NCBI GenBank assembly: GCA_040954595.2
Contig: CM082586.2
Span: 6,725,237-6,789,236 of the forward strand
Direction: 5' to 3'
Length of the DNA stretch: 64,000 nt
Source of the DNA: Balanoglossus misakiensis
Lineage: Eukaryota > Animalia > Hemichordata
Position 1 is the first letter of the stretch. Each line of letters opens with the position of its first letter. The position numbers and the translations under genes were made by a program. Positions 53,001-64,000 of this stretch are shown piece by piece. Below the pieces are notes generated by a model, which saw only the letters and a program-made list of their open reading frames with translations, had not been told where the DNA came from and searched no databases.

Positions 53001-56000
53001 GTCGAAAAATGGTCGATTTTTCGCGATTTTCGTGAGCTATAACCCATGGTTTATATCAAAAAATCACCAAATTTTGAAAATTCCCAAAGTCGAAAAATGG
53101 TCGATTTTTCGCGATTTTCGTGAGCTATAACCCATGGTTTTTATCAAAAAATCACCAAATTTTGAAAATTCCCAAAGTCGAAAAATGGTCGATTTTTCGC
53201 GATTTTCGTGAGCTATAACCCATGGTTTTTATCAAAAAATCACCAAATTTTGAAAATTCCCAAAGTCGAAAAATGGTCGATTTTTCGCGATTTTCGTGAG
53301 CTAATAACCCATGGTTTTTATCAAAAAATCACCAAATTTTGAAAATTCCCAAAGTCGAAAAATGGTCGATTTTTCGCGATTTTCGTGAGCTAATAACCCA
53401 TGGTTTTTATCAAAAAATCACCAAATTTTGAAAATTCCCAAAGTCGAAAAATGGTCGATTTTTCGCGATTTTCGTGAGCTAATAACCCATGGTTTTTATC
53501 AAAAAATCACCAAATTTTGAAAATTCCCAAAGTCGAAAAATGGTCGATTTTTCGCGATTTTCGTGAGCTATAACCCATGGTTTTTATCAAAAAATCACCA
53601 AATTTTGAAAATTCCCAAAGTCGAAAAATGGTCGATTTTTCTCGATTTTCGTGAGCTATAACCCATGGTTTTTATCAAAAAATCACCAAATTTTGAAAAT
53701 TCCCAAAGTCGAAAAATGGTCGATTTTTCGCGATTTTCGTGAGCTATAACCCATGGTTTTTATCAAAAAATCACCAAATTTTGAAAATTCCCAAAGTCGA
53801 AAAATGGTCGATTTTTCGCGATTTTCGTGAGCTATAACCCATGGTTTTTATCAAAAAATCACCAAATTTTGAAAATTCCCAAAGTCGAAAAATGGTCGAT
53901 TTTTCGCGATTTTCGTGAGCTATAACCCATGGTTTTTATCAAAAAATCACCAAATTTTGAAAATTCCCAAAGTCGAAAAATGGTCGATTTTTCGCGATTT
54001 TCGTGAGCTATAACCCATGGTTTTTATTAAAAAATCACCAAATTTTGAAAATTCCCAAAGTCGAAAAATGGTCGATTTTTCGCGATTTTCGTGAGCTATA
54101 ACCCATGGTTTATATCAAAAAATCACCAAATTTTGAAAATTCCCAAAGTCGAAAAATGGTCGATTTTTCGCGATTTTCGTGAGCTATAACCCATGGTTTA
54201 TATCAAAAAATCACCAAATTTTGAAAATTCCCAAAGTCGAAAAATGGTCGATTTTTCGCGATTTTCGTGAGCTATAACCCATGGTTTTTATCAAAAAATC
54301 ACCAAATTTTGAAAATTCCCAAAGTCGAAAATGGTCGATTTTTCGCGATTTTCGTGAGCTAATAACCCATGGTTTTTATCAAAAAATCACCAAATTTTGA
54401 AAATTCCCAAAGTCGAAAAATGGTCGATTTTTCGCGATTTTCGTGAGCTAATAACCCATGGTTTTTATCAAAAAATCACCAAATTTTGAAAATTCCCAAA
54501 GTCGAAAAATGGTCGATTTTTCGCGATTTTCGTGAGCTAATAACCCATGGTTTTTATCAAAAAATCACCAAATTTTGAAAATTCCCAAAGTCGAAAAATG
54601 GTCGATTTTTCGCGATTTTCGTGAGCTATAACCCATGGTTTATATCAAAAAATCACCAAATTTTGAAAATTCCCAAAGTCGAAAAATGGTCGATTTTCGC
54701 GATTTTCGTGAGCTATAACCCATGGTTTTTATCAAAAAATCACCAAATTTTGAAAATTCCCAAAGTCGAAAAATGGTCGATTTTTCGCGATTTCGTGAGC
54801 TATAACCCATGGTTTTTATCAAAAAATCACCAAATTTTGAAAATTCCCAAAGTCGAAAAATGGTCGATTTTTCGCGATTTACGTGAGCTATAACCCATGG
54901 TTTTTATCAAAAAATCACCAAATTTTGAAAATTCCAAAGTCGAAAAATGGTCGATTTTTCGCGATTTTCGTGAGCTATAACCCATGGTTTTTATCAAAAA
55001 ATCACCAAATTTTGAAAATTCCCAAAGTCGAAAAATGGTCGATTTTCGCGATTTTCGTGAGCTATAACCCATGGTTTTTATCAAAAAATCACCAAATTTT
55101 GAAAATTCCCAAAGTCGAAAAATGGTCGACTTTTCGCGATTTTCGTGAGCTATAACCCATGGTTTTTATCAAAAAATCACCAAATTTTGAAAATTCCCAA
55201 AGTCGAAAATGGTCGATTTTTCGCGATTTTCGTGAGCTATAACCCATGGTTTTTATCAAAAAATCACCAAATTTTGAAAATTCCCAAAGTCGAAAAATGG
55301 TCGATTTTCGCGATTTTCGTGAGCTATAACCCATGGTTTTTATCAAAAAATCACCAAATTTTGAAAATTCCCAAAGTCGAAAAATGGTCGATTTTTCGCG
55401 ATTTTCGTGAGCTATAACCCATGGTTTTTATCAAAAAATCACCAAATTTTGAAAATTCCCAAAGTCGAAAATGGTCGATTTTTCGCGATTTTCGTGAGCT
55501 ATAACCCATGGTTTTTATCAAAAAATCACCAAATTTTGAAAATTCCCAAAGTCGAAAAATGGTCGATTTTTCGCGATTTTCGTGAGCTATAACCCATGGT
55601 TTTTATCAAAAAATCACCAAATTTTGAAAATTCCCAAAGTCGAAAAATGGTCGATTTTTCGCGATTTTCGTGAGCTATAACCCATGGTTTTTATCAAAAA
55701 ATCACCAAATTTTGAAAATTCCCAAAGTCGAAAAATGGTCGATTTTTCGCGATTTTCGTGAGCTATAACCCATGGTTTTTATCAAAAAATCACCAAATTT
55801 TGAAAATTCCCAAAGTCGAAAAATGGTCGATTTTTCGCGATTTTCGTGAGCTATAACCCATGGGTTTTTATCAAAAAATCACCAAATTTTGAAAATTCCC
55901 AAAGTCGAAAAATGGTCGATTTTTCGCGATTTTCGTGAGCTATAACCCATGGTTTTTATCAAAAAATCACCAAATTTTGAAAATTCCCAAAGTCGAAAAA

Positions 56001-59000
56001 TGGTCGATTTTTCGCGATTTTCGTGAGCTATAACCCATGGTTTTTATCAAAAAATCACCAAATTTTGAAAATTCCCAAAGTCGAAAAATGGTCGATTTTT
56101 CGCGATTTTCGTGAGCTATAACCCATGGTTTTTATCAAAAAATCACCAAATTTTGAAAATTCCCAAAGTCGAAAAATGGTCGATTTTTCGCGATTTTCGT
56201 GAGCTATAACCCATGGTTTTTATCAAAAAATCACCAAATTTTGAAAATTCCCAAAGTCGAAAAATGGTCGATTTTTCGCGATTTTCGTGAGCTATAACCC
56301 ATGGTTTTTATCAAAAATCACCAAATTTTGAAAATTCCCAAAGTCGAAAAATGGTCGATTTTTCGCGATTTTCGTGAGCTATAACCCATGGTTTTTATCA
56401 AAAAATCACCAAATTTTGAAAATTCCCAAAGTCGAAAAATGGTCGATTTTTCGCGATTTTCGTGAGCTATAACCCATGGTTTTTATCAAAAAATCACCAA
56501 ATTTTGAAAATTCCCAAAGTCGAAAAATGGTCGATTTTTCGCGATTTTCGTGAGCTATAACCCATGGTTTTTATCAAAAAATCACCAAATTTTGAAAATT
56601 CCCAAAGTCGAAAAATGGTCGATTTTTCGCGATTTTCGTGAGCTATAACCCATGGTTTTTATTAAAAAATCACCAAATTTTGAAAATTCCCAAAGTCGAA
56701 AAATGGTCGATTTTTCGCGATTTTCGTGAGCTATAACCCATGGTTTATATCAAAAAATCACCAAATTTTGAAAATTCCCAAAGTCGAAAAATGGTCGATT
56801 TTTCGCGATTTTCGTGAGCTATAACCCATGGTTTATATCAAAAAATCACCAAATTTTGAAAATTCCCAAAGTCGAAAAATGGTCGATTTTTCGCGATTTT
56901 CGTGAGCTATAACCCATGGTTTTTATCAAAAAATCACCAAATTTTGAAAATTCCCAAAGTCGAAAAATGGTCGATTTTTCGCGATTTTCGTGAGCTAATA
57001 ACCCATGGTTTTTATCAAAAAATCACCAAATTTTGAAAATTCCCAAAGTCGAAAAATGGTCGATTTTTCGCGATTTTCGTGAGCTAATAACCCATGGTTT
57101 TTATCAAAAAATCACCAAATTTTGAAAATTCCCAAAGTCGAAAAATGGTCGATTTTTCGCGATTTTCGTGAGCTAATAACCCATGGTTTTTATCAAAAAA
57201 TCACCAAATTTTGAAAATTCCCAAAGTCGAAAAATGGTCGATTTTTCGCGATTTTCGTGAGCTATAACCCATGGTTTATATCAAAAAATCACCAAATTTT
57301 GAAAATTCCAAAGTCGAAAAATGGTCGATTTTTCGCGATTTTCGTGAGCTATAACCCATGGTTTTTATCAAAAAATCACCAAATTTTGAAAATTCCCAAA
57401 GTCGAAAAATGGTCGATTTTTCGCGATTTTCGTGAGCTATAACCCATGGTTTTTATCAAAAAATCACCAAATTTTGAAAATTCCCAAAGTCGAAAAATGG
57501 TCGATTTTTCGCGATTTTCGTGAGCTATAACCCATGGTTTTTATCAAAAAATCACCAAATATTGAAAATTCCCAAAGTCGAAAAATGGTCGATTTTTCGC
57601 GATTTTCGTGAGCTATAACCCATGGTTTTTATCAAAAAATCACCAAATTTTGAAAATTCCCAAAGTCGAAAAATGGTCGATTTTTCGCGATTTACGTGAG
57701 CTATAACCCATGGTTTTTATCAAAAAATCACCAAATTTTGAAAATTCCCAAAGTCGAAAAATGGTCGATTTTTCGCGATTTTCGTGAGCTATAACCCATG
57801 GTTTTTATCAAAAAATCACCAAATTTTGAAAATTCCCAAAGTCGAAAAATGGTCGATTTTTCGCGATTTTCGTGAGCTATAACCCATGGTTTTTATCAAA
57901 AAATCACCAAATTTTGAAAATTCCCAAAGTCGAAAAATGGTCGATTTTTCGCGATTTTCGTGAGCTATAACCCATGGTTTTTATCAAAAAATCACCAAAT
58001 ATTGAAAATTCCCAAAGTCGAAAAATGGTCGATTTTTCGCGATTTTCGTGAGCTATAACCCATGGTTTTTATCAAAAAATCACCAAATATTGAAAATTCC
58101 CAAAGTCGAAAAATGGTCGATTTTTCGCGATTTTCGTGAGCTATAACCCATGGTTTTTATCAAAAAATCACCAAATTTTGAAAATTCCCAAAGTCGAAAA
58201 ATGGTCGATTTTTCGCGATTTACGTGAGCTATAACCCATGGTTTTTATCAAAAAATCACCAAATTTTGAAAATTCCCAAAGTCGAAAAATGGTCGATTTT
58301 TCGCGATTTTCGTGAGCTATAACCCATGGTTTTTATCAAAAAATCACCAAATTTTGAAAATTCCCAAAGTCGAAAAATGGTCGATTTTTCGCGATTTTCG
58401 TGAGCTAATAACCCATGGTTTTTATCAAAAAATCACCATATTTTGAAAATTCCCAAAGTCGAAAAATGGTCGATTTTTCGCGATTTTCGTGAGCTAATAA
58501 ACCCATGGTTTTTATCAAAAATCACCAAATTTTGAAAATTCCCAAAGTCGAAAAATGGTCGATTTTTCGCGATTTTCGTGAGCTATAACCCATGGTTTTT
58601 ATCAAAAAATCACCAAATTTTGAAAAATTCCCAAAGTCGAAAAATGGTCGATTTTTCGCGATTTTCGTGAGCTATAACCCATGGTTTTTATCAAAAAATC
58701 ACCAAATTTTGAAAATTCCCAAAGTCGAAAAATGGTCGATTTTTCGCGATTTACGTGAGCTATAACCCATGGTTTTTATCAAAAAATCACCAAATTTTGA
58801 AAATTCCCAAAGTCGAAAAATGGTCGATTTTCGCGATTTACGTGAGCTATAACCCATGGTTTTTATCAAAAAATCACCAAATTTTGAAAATTCCCAAAGT
58901 CGAAAAATGGTCGATTTTTCGCGATTTTTCGTGAGCTATAACCCATGGTTTTTATCAAAAAATCACCAAATTTGAAAAATTCCCAAAGTCGAAAAATGGT

Positions 59001-62000
59001 CGATTTTTCGCGATTTTCGTGAGCTATAACCCATGGTTTTTATCAAAAAATCACCAAATTTTGAAAATTCCCAAAGTCGAAAAATGGTCGATTTTTCGCG
59101 ATTTTCGTGAGCTATAACCCATGGTTTTTATCAAAAAATCACCAAATTTTGAAAATTCCCAAAGTCGAAAAATGGTCGATTTTTCGCGATTTTCGTGAGC
59201 TATAACCCATGGTTTTTATCAAAAAATCACCAAATTTTGAAAATTCCAAAGTCGAAAAATGGTCGATTTTTCGCGATTTTCGTGAGCTATAACCCATGGT
59301 TTTTATCAAAAAAATCACCAAATTTTGAAAATTCCCAAAGTCGAAAAATGGTCGATTTTTCGCGATTTTCGTGAGCTATAACCCATGGTTTTTATCAAAA
59401 ATCACCAAATTTTGAAAATTCCCAAAGTCGAAAAATGGTCGATTTTTCGCGATTTTCGTGAGCTATAACCCATGGTTTTTATCAAAAATCACCAAATTTT
59501 GAAAATTCCCAAAGTCGAAAAATGGTCGATTTTTCGCGATTTTCGTGAGCTATAACCCATGGTTTTTATCAAAAAATCACCAAATTTTGAAAATTCCCAA
59601 AGTCGAAAAATGGTCGATTTTTCGCGATTTTCGTGAGCTATAACCCATGGTTTTTATCAAAAAATCACCAAATTTTGAAAATTCCCAAAGTCGAAAAATG
59701 GTCGATTTTTCGCGATTTTCGTGAGCTATAACCCATGGTTTTTATCAAAAAATCACCAAATTTTGAAAATTCCCAAAGTCGAAAAATGGTCGATTTTTCG
59801 CGATTTTCGTGAGCTATAACCCATGGTTTTTATCAAAAAATCACCAAATTTTGAAAATTCCCAAAGTCGAAAAATGGTCGATTTTCGTGAGCTATAACCA
59901 TGGTTTTTATCAAAAATCACCAAATTTTGAAAATTCCCAAAGTCGAAAAATGGTCGATTTTTCGCGATTTTCGTGAGCTATAACCCATGGTTTTTATCAA
60001 AAATTCACCAAATTTTGAAAATTCCCAAAGTCGAAAAATGGTCGATTTTTCGCGATTTTCGTGAGCTATAACCCATGGTTTTTATCAAAAAATCACCAAA
60101 TTTTGAAAATTCCCAAAGTCGAAAATGGTCGATTTTTCGCGATTTTCGTGAGCTATAACCCATGGTTTTTATCAAAAAATCACCAAATTTTGAAAATTCC
60201 CAAAGTCGAAAAATGGTCGATTTTTCGCGATTTTCGTGAGCTATAACCCATGGTTTTTATCAAAAAATCACCAAATTTTGAAAATTCCCAAAGTCGAAAA
60301 ATGGTCGATTTTTCGCGATTTTCGTGAGCTATAACCCATGGTTTTTATCAAAAAATCACCAAATTTTGAAAATTCCCAAAGTCGAAAAATGGTCGATTTT
60401 TCGCGATTTTCGTGAGCTATAACCCATGGTTTTTATCAAAAAATCACCAAATTTTGAAAATTCCCAAAGTCGAAAAATGGTCGATTTTTCGCGATTTTCG
60501 TGAGCTATAACCCATGGTTTTTATCAAAAATCACCAAATTTTGAAAATTCCCAAAGTCGAAAAATGGTCGATTTTTCGCGATTTTCGTGAGCTATAACCC
60601 ATGGTTTTTATCAAAAATCACCAAATTTTGAAAATTCCCAAAGTCGAAAAATGGTCGATTTTTCGCGATTTTCGTGAGCTATAACCCATGGTTTTTATCA
60701 AAAAATCACCAAATTTTGAAAATTCCCAAAGTCGAAAAATGGTCGATTTTTCGCGATTTTCGTGAGCTATAACCCATGGTTTTTATCAAAAAATCACCAA
60801 ATTTTGAAAATTCCCAAAGTCGAAAAATGGTCGATTTTTCGCGATTTTCGTGAGCTATAACCCATGGTTTTTATCAAAAAATCACCAAATTTTGAAAATT
60901 CCCAAAGTCGAAAAATGGTCGATTTTCCGCGATTTTCGTGAGCTATAACCCATGGTTTTTATCAAAAAATCACCAAATTTTGAAAATTCCCAAAGTCGAA
61001 AAATGGTCGATTTTTCGCGATTTTCGTGAGCTATAACCCATGGTTTTTATCAAAAATTCACCAAATTTTGAAAATTCCCAAAGTCGAAAAATGGTCGATT
61101 TTCGCGATTTTCGTGAGCTATAACCCATGGTTTTTATCAAAAAATCACCAAATTTTGAAAATTCCAAAGTCGAAAAATGGTCGATTGTTCGCGATTTTCG
61201 TGAGCTATAACCCATGGTTTTTATCAAAAAATCACCAAATTTTGAAAATTCCCAAAGTCGAAAAAATGGTCGATTTTTCGCGATTTTCGTGAGCTATAAC
61301 CCATGGTTTTTATCAAAAAATCACCAAATTTTGAAAATTCCCAAAGTCGAAAAATGGTCGATTTTTCGCGATTTTCGTGAGCTATAACCCATGGTTTTTA
61401 TCAAAAAATCACCAAATTTTGAAAATTCCCAAAGTCGAAAAATGGTCGATTTTTCGCGATTTTCGTGAGCTATAACCCATGGTTTTTATCAAAAAATCAC
61501 CAAATTTTGAAAATTCCCAAAGTCGAAAAATGGTCGATTTTCGCGATTTTCGTGAGCTATAACCCATGGTTTTATCAAAAATCACCAAATTTTGAAAATT
61601 CCCAAAGTCGAAAAATGGTCGATTTTTCGCGATTTTCGTGAGCTATAACCCATGGTTTTTATCAAAAAATCACCAAATTTTGAAAATTCCCAAAGTCGAA
61701 AAATGGTCGATTTTTCGCGATTTTCGTGAGCTATAACCCATGGTTTTTATCAAAAAATCACCAAATTTTGAAAATTCCCAAAGTCGAAAAATGGTCGATT
61801 TTTCGCGATTTTCGTGAGCTATTACCCATGGTTTTTATCAAAAAATCACCAAATTTTGAAAATTCCCAAAGTCGAAAAATGGTCGATTTTTCGCGATTTT
61901 CGTGAGCTATAACCCATGGTTTTTATCAAAAAATCACCAAATTTTGAAAATTCCCAAAGTCGAAAAATGGTCGATTTTTCGCGATTTTCGTGAGCTATAA

Positions 62001-64000
62001 CCCATGGTTTTTATCAAAAAAATCACCAAATTTTTAAAATTCCCAAAGTCGAAAAATGGTCGATTTTTCGCGATTTTCGTGAGCTATAACCCATGGTTTT
62101 TATCAAAAAATCACCAAATTTTGAAAATTCCCAAAGTCGAAAAATGGTCGATTTTTCGCGATTTTCGTGAGCTATAACCCATGGTTTTTATCAAAAATCA
62201 CCAAATTTTGAAAATTCCCAAAGTCGAAAAATGGTCGATTTTCGCGATTTTCGTGAGCTATAACCCAATGGTTTTTATCAAAAATTCACCAAATTTTTGA
62301 AAATTCCCAAAGTCGAAAAATGGTCGATTTTTCGCGATTTTCGTGAGCTATAACCCATGGTTTTTATCAAAAAATCACCAAATTTTGAAATTCCCAAAGT
62401 CGAAAAATGGTCGATTTTTCGCGATTTTCGTGAGCTATAACCCATGGTTTTTATCAAAAAATCACCAAATTTTGAAAATTCCCAAAGTCGAAAAATGGTC
62501 GATTTTTCGCGATTTTCGTGAGCTATAACCCATGGTTTTTATCAAAAAATCACCAAATTTTGAAAATTCCCAAAGTCGAAAAATGGTCGATTTTTCGCGA
62601 TTTTCGTGAGCTATAACCCATGGTTTTTATCAAAAAATCACCAAATTTTGAAAATTCCCAAAGTCGAAAAATGGTCGATTTTTCGCGATTTTCGTGAGCT
62701 ATAACCCATGGTTTTTATCAAAAAATCACCAAATTTTGAAAATTCCCAAAGTCGAAAAATGGTCGATTTTTCGCGATTTTCGTGAGCTATAACCCATGGT
62801 TTTTATCAAAATCACCAAATTTTGAAAATTCCCAAAGTCGAAAAATGGTCGATTTTTCGCGATTTTCGTGAGCTATAACCCATGGTTTTTATCAAAAAAT
62901 CACCAAATTTTGAAAATTCCCAAAGTCGAAAAATGGTCGATTTTTCGCGATTTTCGTGAGCTATAACCCATGGTTTTTATCAAAAAATCACCAAATTTTG
63001 AAAATTCCCAAAGTCGAAAAATGGTCGATTTTTCGCGATTTTCGTGAGCTATAACCCATGGTTTTTATCAAAAAATCACCAAATTTTGAAAATTCCCAAA
63101 GTCGAAAAAATGGTCGATTTTTCGCGATTTTCGTGAGCTATAACCCATGGTTTTTATCAAAAAATCACCAAATTTTGAAAATTCCCAAAGTCGAAAAATG
63201 GTCGATTTTCCGCGATTTTCGTGAGCTATAACCCATGGTTTTTATCAAAAAATCACCAAATTTTGAAAATTCCCAAAGTCGAAAAATGGTCGATTTTTCG
63301 CCGATTTTCGTGAGCTATAACCCATGGTTTTTATCAAAAAATTCACCAAATTTTGAAAATTCCCAAAGTCGAAAAATGGTCGATTTTTCGCGATTTTCGT
63401 GAGCTATAACCCATGGTTTTTATCAAAAAATCACCAAATTTTGAAAATTCCCAAAGTCGAAAAATGGTCGATTGTTCGCGATTTTCGTGAGCTATAACCC
63501 ATGGTTTTTATCAAAAAATCACCAAATTTTGAAAATTCCCAAAGTCGAAAAATGGTCGATTTTTCGCGATTTTCGTGAGCTATAACCCATGGTTTTTATC
63601 AAAAAATCACCAAATTTGAAAATTCCCAAAGTCGAAAAATGGTCGATTTTTCGCGATTTTCGTGAGCTATAACCCATGGTTTTTATCAAAAAATCACCAA
63701 ATTTTGAAAATTTCCCAAAGTCGAAAAATGGTCGATTTTTCGCGATTTTCGTGAGCTATAACCCATGGTTTTTATCAAAAAATCACCAAATTTTGAAAAT
63801 TCCCAAAGTCGAAAAAATGGTCGATTTTTCGCGATTTTCGTGAGCTATAACCCATGGTTTTTATCAAAAATCACCAAATTTTGAAAATTCCCAAAGTCGA
63901 AAAATGGTCGATTTTTCGCGATTTTCGTGAGCTATAACCCATGGTTTTTATCAAAAAATCACCAAAATTTTGAAAATTCCCCAAAGTCGAAAATGGTCGA
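44055..64000 (+). repeat. Large homogeneous 88-bp satellite array, subfamily B (~226 copies, runs off the window end)
   Basis: Unit CATGGTTTTTATCAAAAAATCACCAAATTTTGAAAATTCCCAAAGTCGAAAAATGGTCGATTTTTCGCGATTTTCGTGAGCTATAACC repeated head-to-tail with few variants. Confidence 0.99.

Noticed and set aside
44055-64000. Repeated ORFs (MSYNPWFLSKNHQILKIPK...) in the satellite
   Set aside because: The unit length of 88 is not a multiple of 3. The ORFs arise only where single-base homopolymer indels bypass stop codons.
39753-64000. CRISPR-like array interpretation
   Set aside because: Units are fully repeated with no unique spacers, there are no cas genes, and the context is eukaryotic.
58400-64000. 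Increase of 1-bp indel variants toward the window end
   Set aside because: Almost all are in homopolymer runs and do not recur, so they are more likely long-read consensus error than biology.

Overview
Eukaryotic (metazoan) genomic DNA with GT-AG spliced genes. The gene content and repeats suggest a marine invertebrate deuterostome, but this is inference only. I reconstructed seven protein-coding genes by hand in the first ~43.5 kb, with splice phases that agree: (1) a minus-strand corin-like type II transmembrane serine protease (TM-Frizzled-7xLDLa-trypsin domain); (2) a 14-exon divergent TRPC channel; (3, 4) two convergent intronless BTB/BACK genes; (5) a 4-exon uncharacterised gene with a TIR-like alpha/beta domain, a possible degenerate GTPase-like domain and a hydrophobic tail; (6) a 5-exon SLC16/MCT-type MFS transporter; (7) a 4-exon UDP-glycosyltransferase. 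Several MITE-like elements and microsatellites are interspersed. The last ~20.5 kb is a homogeneous 88-bp satellite with higher-order variant patterns. Most notable: the whole UGT transcription unit lies between oppositely oriented arrays of this satellite family (foldback-like), and the UGT lacks both residues of the canonical His-Asp catalytic dyad. The TRPC lacks the family's Zn-binding motif and has substitutions at known gating residues. All family assignments come from motif recognition; no database searches were run.
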